Positions 54,968-63,098 of a stretch of DNA of 64,000 nucleotides are shown in pieces (position 1 is the first letter of the stretch; each line of letters starts with the position of its first letter). Source of the stretch: an uncultured Clostridia bacterium (GTDB lineage: Bacteria > Bacillota > Clostridia > Christensenellales > Borkfalkiaceae). A program made the position numbers and the translations under genes. Location: positions 35,496-99,495 of the forward strand of contig CANQQM010000001.1 of the NCBI GenBank assembly GCA_947626005.1, read 5' to 3'. A model generated the notes under the pieces. The model did no database searches. It had not been told where the DNA came from and saw only the letters and a list, made by a program, of their open reading frames with translations.

Positions 54968-56326
54968 ATGAAATTTCCCAAAATCAGAAGGAGACTCAAC
55001 GTATGGCAGTATCTTGCCATCGGATATCTTGTAGTCATCCTCACGGGCAGCATCCTCCTGACGTTGCCGTTTGCCTCCAAAGAGGGCCTCACGAGCTATA
55101 TCGACGCCCTCTTCACCTCCGTCTCCGCGACCTGCGTCACGGGGCTCACCCCCTTTGAGACCAACGTCCACTGGACGGTGTTCGGGCAGGTCGTCATCCT
55201 CCTTCTCATCCAGACGGGCGGGCTCGGCTTCATGACGATCGTCTCCGTCCTTCTCCTCCTTGTGAAGCGCGGGCTCGGACAGTACGAACGCCGCGCCGTC
55301 ATCCAGTCGGTGGGGGGCGGACAGCTTGCGGGGGTCAAGCGCCTCACCCGCCGCATCCTCATCGGAACGGCCATCTTCGAATTTTTGGGAGCGGTCTTTC
55401 TCAGCATCCGCTTCATTCCCGACCTCGGCACGGGAAGGGGGATCTATTACGCCCTGTTCCACTCCGTCTCCGCCTTCTGCAATGCGGGCTTCGACCTCTT
55501 CGGCGGAACGGGCCTCGGCGCGGGGTCGCTCTCCTACTATGCGACCGACCCCCTCGTCGTCCTCCCCGTCGTCGTGCTCATCCTTGTCGGCGGCTTCGGC
55601 TTCTGCGTGTGGGGGGACGTCGTCGATTGCCGCTTCAACCCCAAGAAATTCCAGTTCTATACGAAGGCCATTCTCGCCGTCAACTTCGGGCTTCTTCTCT
55701 TTTCGACGGCGTGCTTCCTCGGCTTCGAATGGCATAATCCGACGTACACGGGGTATAATTTCGGACAGAAGCTCCTCCTCTCCCTCTTCAATTCGACGAC
55801 GGCGCGGACGGCGGGATTCTGGACGACCGACCCCTCGTCGCTCTCGGCGGGCGGGTACTTCCTCACCGTCATCCTGATGTTCATCGGCGGCTGTTCGGGC
55901 TCGACGGCGGGCGGCGTCAAGGTGGGCACGGTGACCGTCATCGTCATGGGTATGGTCGCCGCCTTCCGCGGGAAGAAGGATATCACGATCGGCAAACGCC
56001 GCGTCGACAGCACCTTGCTCGGACAGGCGCTTGCGATCTTCGTTTCCTACCTCACCCTCGTCATTTTGGCGACGCTCATGATCTGCGCCATCGAACCGGG
56101 CGACGCCGAGACCTTCCGCTGCGCCCTCTTCGAGACGGTCTCCGCCCTCGGGACGGTCGGACTTTCGATGTCGTATACGGCGACGCTCACCGTCGCCTCC
56201 AAGCTCATCCTCATCTTCCTCATGTATGCGGGGAGGGTGGGCGTTCTGACCCTTGCCTTTGCGCTCTCGCGCAAGCGTGACACGGCGGAAGTCCGCCGCC
56301 CTGTCGACAACTTCTTTATCGGATAA
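54968..56326 (+). CDS. trkH: TrkH/KtrB-family potassium uptake membrane subunit
   Basis: Four pore-loop glycine motifs (CVTGLT, NAGFDL, RTAGFW, TVGLS) in a polytopic protein. Confidence 0.92.
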   Translation: MKFPKIRRRLNVWQYLAIGYLVVILTGSILLTLPFASKEGLTSYIDALFTSVSATCVTGLTPFETNVHWTVFGQVVILLLIQTGGLGFMTIVSVLLLLVKRGLGQYERRAVIQSVGGGQLAGVKRLTRRILIGTAIFEFLGAVFLSIRFIPDLGTGRGIYYALFHSVSAFCNAGFDLFGGTGLGAGSLSYYATDPLVVLPVVVLILVGGFGFCVWGDVVDCRFNPKKFQFYTKAILAVNFGLLLFSTACFLGFEWHNPTYTGYNFGQKLLLSLFNSTTARTAGFWTTDPSSLSAGGYFLTVILMFIGGCSGSTAGGVKVGTVTVIVMGMVAAFRGKKDITIGKRRVDSTLLGQALAIFVSYLTLVILATLMICAIEPGDAETFRCALFETVSALGTVGLSMSYTATLTVASKLILIFLMYAGRVGVLTLAFALSRKRDTAEVRRPVDNFFIG

Positions 56327-56342
56327 TCGGGAGGAAAAAGTT

Positions 56343-56996
56343 ATGAAATCCGTTTTGCTCATCGGGATGGGAAAGTTCGGGCGCACGCTCGGGCAGAAAC
56401 TCCTCAACATGGGGAATGAGGTGATGATCGTCGACAAGGACGAGAGCGTCATCAACGCGCTTGCGCCCCGCTACACGAACGCCCTCATCGCCAACTGCAT
56501 GAACGAGGACAGCTTGCGCGCGATGGATATTCCCTCCTTCGACGTCTGCATCGTCGCCATGGGCGACGAGTTCCAGTCCTCGCTCGAGATCACGGCCAAC
56601 CTTAAGGACCTCGGCGCGAAGCGGGTCATTTCCAAGGCGGAGACGGAGATCCAGAAGAAATTTTTGATGCGTGTCGGCGCGGACGAGGTCATCTATCCCG
56701 ACGTCGATATCGCCGAGAAGCTGGCCGTCCGTCTCAACTCGTCCAACGTCATCAACTTCATCGACCTCGACGCGGAGTACTCCATCTTCGAAATCGCACT
56801 TCCCGAAAAGTGGCGGGGGCGCAAGCTCATCGACATCAATCCCCGCTCCAAGTACGGCATGAACATCCTCACCGTCAAGAAGGGGACGAACATCATCTCC
56901 TCCCTCGACGGGAATTACGTCTTCGAGGAAGGGGACCAGCTCGTCGTGTTCGGCAACACCGAGCAGATCCTCAAATTCACCAACCGCCAGAAGTAA
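56343..56996 (+). CDS. trkA: TrkA/KtrA-family RCK potassium uptake regulatory subunit
   Basis: LLIGMGKFGRTLG Rossmann motif plus TrkA_C-like C-terminus. Start at the internal ATG 56343 with GGGAGGAAAAAG upstream. Confidence 0.92.
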   Translation: MKSVLLIGMGKFGRTLGQKLLNMGNEVMIVDKDESVINALAPRYTNALIANCMNEDSLRAMDIPSFDVCIVAMGDEFQSSLEITANLKDLGAKRVISKAETEIQKKFLMRVGADEVIYPDVDIAEKLAVRLNSSNVINFIDLDAEYSIFEIALPEKWRGRKLIDINPRSKYGMNILTVKKGTNIISSLDGNYVFEEGDQLVVFGNTEQILKFTNRQK

Positions 56997-57029
56997 GGTC
57001 TGCGGCCAAGGACCGCGGGAGGGGATATT

Positions 57030-58013
57030 ATGTGCACGGCGATCTCGTTTCGAACAAAAGACGCCTATTTCGGGCGCAATCTCGACCTCGAGGGCTCCTT
57101 CGGGGAGGGCGTGTGCATCGCGCCGAGAAATCTTGCCTTCGAATTCCGGAAAGAGGGGACGCTTTCCCGCCACTTCGCCCTCATCGGCACGGCGATCGTT
57201 CGGGGGAACACCCCCCTTTGGTTCGACGCCGTCAACGAAAAGGGGCTCGGCATGGCGGGGCTCAACTTCCCCAAAAACGCCCGCTACTTTCCCCCGAAGG
57301 AGGGGAAGAAGAACGTCGCTCCCTTCGAGCTCATCTCCTTCGTCCTCTCTAAGTGTTCGACGGTGAAGGAGGCAAGGGCCCTCCTTTCCGAAGTCAACGT
57401 CGTCTCCATTCCCTTCGATGAGACCCTGCCCCTGACGCCCCTCCACTGGATGATCGCCGACGGGGAGGAATGCCTCGTCGCAGAGCCGACGGAGGCGGGG
57501 CTTCTCCTCTACGACGACCCCGCGTTCGTCCTCACGAACAATCCGCCCTTCCCCGAGCAGCTCACCCGCCTTCGCGACTATCTGAGCCTCACCGTGGACG
57601 AGCCGAAAAGCCGCTTCTCGGAGCGCCTCCCGCTCGAGCCGTACAGCCGCGGCATGGGCGCCATCGGCCTCCCCGGCGACTGGTCGTCCGCTTCCCGCTT
57701 TGTAAAGGCGGCCTTTCTTCGGGCGAACATCGTCGCGGGAGAGGGAGAAGAGGGGGGCGTGTGTGCGTTTTTCCACATGCTCGAGGCGGTCGCGATGCCG
57801 CGCGGGCTCGTCCGCTTGAAGCCCGAAGTCTATGAGGAGACGGTGTACTCCGTCTGCTGCAACACCCGCACGGGGCGGTACTACTACACCACCTACGGGG
57901 AGAGGTCCCTCCACGCCGTTTCCCTTGAAAATGAGGACATGGAGGGCGGAAAACCCGTCTTTTACGCCTTTGCGCATACGCTCGGCGTGCGCGAGGACAA
58001 CGCTCGCAGCTAA
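57030..58013 (+). CDS. choloylglycine (bile salt) hydrolase / linear amide C-N hydrolase, Ntn family
   Basis: MCTAIS (Cys2 nucleophile), FGRNLD, GLNF, TNNPPF, SASRF positions. Confidence 0.88.
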   Translation: MCTAISFRTKDAYFGRNLDLEGSFGEGVCIAPRNLAFEFRKEGTLSRHFALIGTAIVRGNTPLWFDAVNEKGLGMAGLNFPKNARYFPPKEGKKNVAPFELISFVLSKCSTVKEARALLSEVNVVSIPFDETLPLTPLHWMIADGEECLVAEPTEAGLLLYDDPAFVLTNNPPFPEQLTRLRDYLSLTVDEPKSRFSERLPLEPYSRGMGAIGLPGDWSSASRFVKAAFLRANIVAGEGEEGGVCAFFHMLEAVAMPRGLVRLKPEVYEETVYSVCCNTRTGRYYYTTYGERSLHAVSLENEDMEGGKPVFYAFAHTLGVREDNARS

Positions 58014-58038
58014 AAAGAAGCGTTCGAGGGGCCCCGGT

Positions 58039-59994
58039 ATGCGGAAGATCGGTACGGTCGTCAATTTTCGTCCCATTCTTTTCTGCGCGCTCGGGCTCGT
58101 GTACGGGATCGCGCTGTATTTTCGCATTCGGTTCGGGGGATTTGCGCCCTCGGACCTTCTCTTTTTGGCCCTCTTCCCGATGGCGGCGTTTCCCTTCGGC
58201 AAGAAGCGCGTTCTCGCCGTTCTTCTCTCCTTCCTCCTCTTTTCGGGTGCGGGAGCGGGCTTTGCCCATGCGGGGGCGGAACGGTTTTTAAGCGGCCCGA
58301 AGGAAGGGGAATACCACATCAACGGAACGGTGTACGAATTGATCGAAGAGGACGACATCACCTTCGCCGTTCTCGGCCGTCTCTCCTTCGACAAGAAGCG
58401 CTGCGGCGGGAAGATGCAGATCGATTTGGAGACGTACGGCATACGGGAGGGGGACGTCATCGCCTTCGACGCCGAAGTGCTTCGCAATCCGATTTCGGGG
58501 AAGGAGGGGGAATACTGCTTTTCCGCCGACCTCCGCTACGTCGCCGCGGCAAGGGAGGTACAGCTCATCGGAAAGACGCGCGACCCGATGCTCCTCCTCC
58601 GCGCCGCCCTCCATAGGACGCTCGACCGCCACCTCGATCCGACGCGGGCGGAGGTCGCCTACGCCCTCCTCACGGGCAACTCGCACGGCATGGACGAAGG
58701 CCTTTTGGAGGAGGTGAGAAGGGGCGGGATCGCGCACATCTTCGCCGTTTCGGGACTGCATATCGGCATTTTGTACGGGGCGGTCGTCTTTCTCTTCCGT
58801 CGGCTCGAACGCTTTTCGACCATCCCCGCCTCCCTGTTCGCCTTCCTCTATACCGCCTTTTGCGGATTCACCGTCTCCGCCGTCCGCGCCTTCGTCATGT
58901 GCACGGCGCTCGGCCTTCTCCGCGTCATCGGCAAAAAGCACGACTTTCTGACCTCCCTCTCCCTCTCCGCCCTCTGCATCTTGCCCTTCCTGCCGAGCGA
59001 ATTCCTCTCGGCGGGCTTCCGCCTCTCCTTCGGCGCCTGCCTCGGGCTCGGGTTGTTTTCGGGTACCGTATCCCGCCTTTTGGGGCGGATCCCGCACTTT
59101 CCCGCCTTTCTCCGAGACTACCTCTCGGCGAATTTCTCCGTCCAGATCGTCACCTTTCCCATCCTCCTCGAGACCTTCGGCTACTTCTCGGTGTGGGGGA
59201 GCCTTCTCAACCTCTTCCTCATTCCGCTCCTTCCCGCCTTTTTCCTCTCCATTCTGCTCTTTTCGCTGCTTGCGCTCATCATTCCGCCCGCCGCGGGTTT
59301 CTTCCTTGCCGTCCCGAACGGCCTCCTCGGCGTGTTTACGGCGATTTTCTCCTTCGCCGACTTTTCGGCGGTGCTCGCGGGGTTTTCGCTCGGCGCGGGC
59401 GGGACGATCTGGCTTGTCGGCTGTATCCTCCTTTCCGAGCGGGTGCGGCTTGCCCCGCTTGTCCGCGGGATCGCGGCGGGCGTGCTCGTTCTTCTCTTCA
59501 CGGCGGCGGTCGTGATGCAGAACGTCGTATTCACGGGGACGCGCATCGACGTCTCCACGACGGGTTCGGGCACCGCCGCCCTCGTCCGCACGCCGCATGC
59601 CGCCGTCCTCGTCATCGACGAACTCTCCCTCGGCGACGCGGAGGACTTCCTCCTCCGCCGCTACGGCAAAACGCTCGACGGGATCATCGTTCTCGGGGAG
59701 GACGAACTCGTCCCGATCAACCGCGCCGCCTTCCTCCCTGCGGAGGCGGTGTATGCGAAGGACGAAATCAGTACGGGCCTGAGGGAAACGGCCGTCGTGT
59801 TCGGCGATCGGGTGACGGTCGGCGGGCTCGAATTTGTGTTTGAGAGCCGCGAAAAGCTCACCCTCGTCACCGAAGGGCTCGTCGTGGAGTTCGATTTCGA
59901 CGGAGAAGGGGCATTCGGCGCCGATTTATTTGTTCATCCCGTCGAAGGGGACTTGATATTTTCGCTCAGACATGGTATAATCAAATCGCTATGA
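58039..59994 (+). CDS. comEC: ComEC/Rec2 DNA internalisation channel protein with degenerate, shortened C-terminal metallo-beta-lactamase region
   Basis: N-terminal TM/OB region and competence-domain pattern (LLTGNSHGMDE...GIAHIFAVSGLHIGIL). The C-terminus lacks the HxHxDH motif. Start at the internal ATG 58039. Confidence 0.88.
   Translation: MRKIGTVVNFRPILFCALGLVYGIALYFRIRFGGFAPSDLLFLALFPMAAFPFGKKRVLAVLLSFLLFSGAGAGFAHAGAERFLSGPKEGEYHINGTVYELIEEDDITFAVLGRLSFDKKRCGGKMQIDLETYGIREGDVIAFDAEVLRNPISGKEGEYCFSADLRYVAAAREVQLIGKTRDPMLLLRAALHRTLDRHLDPTRAEVAYALLTGNSHGMDEGLLEEVRRGGIAHIFAVSGLHIGILYGAVVFLFRRLERFSTIPASLFAFLYTAFCGFTVSAVRAFVMCTALGLLRVIGKKHDFLTSLSLSALCILPFLPSEFLSAGFRLSFGACLGLGLFSGTVSRLLGRIPHFPAFLRDYLSANFSVQIVTFPILLETFGYFSVWGSLLNLFLIPLLPAFFLSILLFSLLALIIPPAAGFFLAVPNGLLGVFTAIFSFADFSAVLAGFSLGAGGTIWLVGCILLSERVRLAPLVRGIAAGVLVLLFTAAVVMQNVVFTGTRIDVSTTGSGTAALVRTPHAAVLVIDELSLGDAEDFLLRRYGKTLDGIIVLGEDELVPINRAAFLPAEAVYAKDEISTGLRETAVVFGDRVTVGGLEFVFESREKLTLVTEGLVVEFDFDGEGAFGADLFVHPVEGDLIFSLRHGIIKSL
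59953..59981 (+). promoter_or_regulatory. internal sigma-A-type promoter with extended -10 (TTGATA-17-TGgTATAAT) inside the comEC 3' end, 9 nt before the holA ATG
   Basis: TTGATA 59953-59958, TATAAT 59976-59981, holA ATG 59991. No SD in between. Confidence 0.55.
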
Positions 59995-60965
59995 AATTCG
60001 TACAGCTTGCGAAAAGTCTCAAAGAGGGGCTCTCTCCCGTCTATCTTGTCGACGGCGACGAGGCCTATTTCCGCGACCACGCCGTCAAGGCGATCCGCGA
60101 GGCGTGCGCCCTCTCTCTTCCCGACCTCAACGACGTCCGTCTCGAGGGGGAGGCGGTGAAGGGGGAACGGCTCTCCCGCCTCCTCGGGGAACTTAAGACT
60201 TCGCCCATGCTCGACAACTACCGCCTCGTCCGCCTGTATGAGTACTATCCCTCCGAACGGGAATGGGAAAACGGGCTGGGACGGTATGCGGCATCGCCCA
60301 CCGAGACGACGGTGCTCGTCATCGTCAACACGATGCGGAAGGGGTGCGACCTCCGCAAGAAGCAGCTTGTCTATGTCGACTGCTCTCGGGAGACGGAGGA
60401 AATGCTTGCCCGCTGGGTGTACGGGGTGGCGCGCCGCGCCGAGCTCAACTTCGACGCCGACGCCGCGGGGCTCTTTGTCCGCTATTGCAATTCGGACGCC
60501 GCCCGCATGAAGCTCGAGATCGAAAAGCTCTCCCTCCTCCTCGGGAAGGGGGGGAAGGTCTCGAGGAGCACGGTGGAGGAATACGTCGCAAAGGACGTCG
60601 AATACAAGATCTACGAACTCACGCAGGCGGCGTCGCGGGGCAACCGCTCGGCCTTTTCCGAGATCCTTCACGACCTCATGGAGAAGGGCTTCGACGAGAG
60701 CGCCGCACTCTCCGCCCTCGTCTCCCACTACCGCACCCTCACCGAGATCGGTTCGATGCGGGGCACGGACGCGGAGATCGGCTCCGCCCTCGGCATCAAA
60801 CCCTATGCGGTGCAGAAAAACCGTGAGACGGCCTCCCGCCTCGGGAAGGAGCGGGTGCGGGAAGTCTACCTTGCCCTCTACGGGCTCTCCGCGGGCATGC
60901 GGAGCGGCCTGTACACGAAATCGGGGGCGCTTTCGGCGGCGATCGCAAAAATATTTTTCGGATAA
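59991..60965 (+). CDS. holA: DNA polymerase III delta subunit
   Basis: N-terminal LSPVYLVDGDEAYF and the C-terminal helical domain pattern. Conserved comEC-holA synteny. Confidence 0.88.
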   Translation: MKFVQLAKSLKEGLSPVYLVDGDEAYFRDHAVKAIREACALSLPDLNDVRLEGEAVKGERLSRLLGELKTSPMLDNYRLVRLYEYYPSEREWENGLGRYAASPTETTVLVIVNTMRKGCDLRKKQLVYVDCSRETEEMLARWVYGVARRAELNFDADAAGLFVRYCNSDAARMKLEIEKLSLLLGKGGKVSRSTVEEYVAKDVEYKIYELTQAASRGNRSAFSEILHDLMEKGFDESAALSALVSHYRTLTEIGSMRGTDAEIGSALGIKPYAVQKNRETASRLGKERVREVYLALYGLSAGMRSGLYTKSGALSAAIAKIFFG

Positions 60966-60988
60966 CGCGTTTTCCCGAACAAAAGACT

Positions 60989-61017
60989 TTGCATTTTTCG
61001 TGCAAAATCGCTATAAT
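60989..61017 (+). promoter_or_regulatory. sigma-A-type promoter (TTGCAT-17-TATAAT) of cdaA, with inverted repeat TTGCA-N7-TGCAA over the -35
   Basis: TTGCAT 60989-60994, TATAAT 61012-61017. GAAGGAGGAG RBS before ATG 61055. Confidence 0.6.
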
Positions 61018-61054
61018 ACTATTGAAAGCGCCTGCGGGCGCGAAGGAGGAGACA

Positions 61055-61885
61055 ATGCGCACACCCGCAGAAGTGTGGAACGGGATCACCGCGGTCTTTA
61101 CGAACTTCCGGTGGATCATCATACCGGAGATGCTGTTCCTCTGCATCATCATCTACTTTGTCCTCAAGACGCTGTACGAGAACAACGCGAAGCGGCTCAT
61201 CTTCGTCTACGTGTTTTTGCTGCTTCTCACGGGGACGATGACCGTTTTCTCGAACGCAAACGACGTCACGGCGTTCTATATGTTCTTCATGATCCTGTCG
61301 CTCTTCTTCCTCTTCCTCTTCAATGTGGAGATAAAGCGCAGCATCTGGAACTCCGTCAAGCGGGCGCCGGGCACGGCGAATACCGCCACGACCCGCACGA
61401 CCGCCGTCACCGCCCGCGCTGACGAATACGTCTCGGGCATCGTCAAGGCGGTGCAGGCGCTCTCGAAGAGCAACACGGGTGCGCTCATCGTCCTCTCGAA
61501 CGGCAATCTTCCCAAGACCATTCTCGAGAGCGGCGTCACCCTGAACGCAAACATCTCCAATCAGCTCATCGAGGGCATTTTCATTCCCAAGGCGCCCCTT
61601 CACGACGGCGCGATGATCATCTACGGCGACACCATTCAGGCGGCGGGGTGCTTCCTCCCGCTCACGCAGAAGGACTTCCCGAAGGACTACGGCACCCGTC
61701 ACCGTGCGGGGATCGGCGTCACCGAGGTCGCCGACGTGTCGACGATCATCGTCTCCGAAGAGACAGGTATCGTCTCCGTCGTCAAGCGGGGGGAGATCAC
61801 CCGCTATGTCGACTCGGAGAGCTTGAAGCGCTTCCTTAAAGACTACTACTGGAAAGAATTCAACGGGGAGGGTAAGAAGGCATGA
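61055..61885 (+). CDS. cdaA: diadenylate cyclase CdaA (membrane-anchored DAC domain)
   Basis: Three N-terminal TM helices. DAC motifs HDGAMII, GTRHRAG, SEETG. Confidence 0.93.
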   Translation: MRTPAEVWNGITAVFTNFRWIIIPEMLFLCIIIYFVLKTLYENNAKRLIFVYVFLLLLTGTMTVFSNANDVTAFYMFFMILSLFFLFLFNVEIKRSIWNSVKRAPGTANTATTRTTAVTARADEYVSGIVKAVQALSKSNTGALIVLSNGNLPKTILESGVTLNANISNQLIEGIFIPKAPLHDGAMIIYGDTIQAAGCFLPLTQKDFPKDYGTRHRAGIGVTEVADVSTIIVSEETGIVSVVKRGEITRYVDSESLKRFLKDYYWKEFNGEGKKA

Positions 61886-61992
61886 AATTCGGCGAATGGC
61901 TCAAAAAGGTATTTACGCGCAACATCCCCTTGAAACTCCTTGCCGTGGTGCTTGCGGTCGTCTGCGCCGTCATCATCAATTCGGTAAAATAA
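61882..61992 (+). CDS. 36-codon micro-ORF resembling only the N-terminal TM anchor of CdaR/YbbR
   Basis: ATGA overlap with the cdaA stop. MKFGEWLKKVFTRNIPLKLLAVVLAVVCAVIINSVK* matches the usual CdaR N-terminus pattern (basic stretch, N.xLK(L/I)LA(L/V)xLA). No YbbR domains follow. Below the ORF-track size cut-off. Confidence 0.5.
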   Translation: MKFGEWLKKVFTRNIPLKLLAVVLAVVCAVIINSVK

Positions 61993-61994
61993 GC

Positions 61995-63098
61995 ATGAAG
62001 AGCTGTATCAAGATGCCCCGCCTCCTCCTCCCGCGGGAGGACTTCGAGGGGTGGGTGTGCCCGCCTTCGGAGGCGGAGGAGCTCGGCGCGGGGCGCGCAT
62101 CGCGCTTTTACTTCCCCCGCGGGCTCGACGCCGAAGAGGCGGAAAAAAAGATCGCCGCGATCCGCAGCGAAATGTACCGTGCGCTCGAGGAGGACGTCGT
62201 CTCCAAGCTCGAGCGCGGTTTCGTTTACGTCGAACGGCAGACGGCGCGGGGAGTGCGCCGCGGCGTCGTCGGAACGATCGACTTGGAGCGCTATTCCTTC
62301 GCCAAGGGGGAAGAGAGCCTCGTTCGGGCGGGGGAGGCAATTTCCGTTCCGCGGGCGAAGGCGCTTGCCGCCGTCCGCCGAAAGGTGCCGCTCGAGTGCA
62401 CCTCCGCCGTCGTTTTGTACCGCGATAAGCGCAGAAAAGCGCTCAAATGGGTGCGGCCCGACGAGCTCGAACTCTTATACGAGACCCCCGACCTCAAGGG
62501 GTATTTTATCGAAGCCGAACGGGCGGCCGTTCTCGCCGAGGAGATGCACGGACGGGGCGAACCCGCCTTCCTTGTCGCCGAGGGGAACGACGAGGTCGCG
62601 GCCGCCAAACTCCACTGGGATACGGTCAAGAAGGGGCTCCGCCCCGGACGGACGATGCATCCCGCACGCTTCGTCCTCGTCGAGTTCGTCAACCTCTTCG
62701 ACGACGAAGTCGAGCTCGAGCCCGTCCATCGCCTCGTCAAAACGGAGGACGACGCCGCTGCCCTCCTCGACTATTTGGGGCGCAACGTGAAGTGCAGAAG
62801 GGAGGGCAACCTCGTCCTTCCCGACCGCCCCGCCGATCCCGCCACGATCGCGCGGGTGGACGAACTCCTTGCGACTTATTGCGGTTCGAACGGCGGAAAG
62901 CGGGAGTATGTCGTGGGCGAAGAGCGCCTGCGGGAAAAACTCTCCGCGCCCGAATGCGTCGGCGTACGGCTCGGCTGCTTCGACAAGGGGGATCTCTTCC
63001 CCTATTTCAAGGGGGGAAAGACCCTCCCGCGCAGGGCGTTCTCCCTCGGCGCCGAGGAGCGATACTATTGCGAATGCAGGGAAGTCGGCTATGATTAA
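61995..63098 (+). CDS. DUF1015-family protein
   Basis: GVVGTIDLERY...AGEAISVPRAKALAAVRRKVPLECTSAVVLY and C-terminal GKTLPRRAFSLG fit the DUF1015 pattern from memory. Start at the internal ATG 61995, 2 nt after the micro-ORF stop. Confidence 0.75.
   Translation: MKSCIKMPRLLLPREDFEGWVCPPSEAEELGAGRASRFYFPRGLDAEEAEKKIAAIRSEMYRALEEDVVSKLERGFVYVERQTARGVRRGVVGTIDLERYSFAKGEESLVRAGEAISVPRAKALAAVRRKVPLECTSAVVLYRDKRRKALKWVRPDELELLYETPDLKGYFIEAERAAVLAEEMHGRGEPAFLVAEGNDEVAAAKLHWDTVKKGLRPGRTMHPARFVLVEFVNLFDDEVELEPVHRLVKTEDDAAALLDYLGRNVKCRREGNLVLPDRPADPATIARVDELLATYCGSNGGKREYVVGEERLREKLSAPECVGVRLGCFDKGDLFPYFKGGKTLPRRAFSLGAEERYYCECREVGYD

Noticed and set aside
54725-58487. Minus-strand ORFs 54725-56455 and 56316-58487, antisense to trkH, trkA, the Ntn hydrolase gene and comEC
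   Set aside because: Highly charged, Arg/Gly/Glu-rich pseudo-proteins with no motifs. The + strand genes carry unambiguous family signatures.
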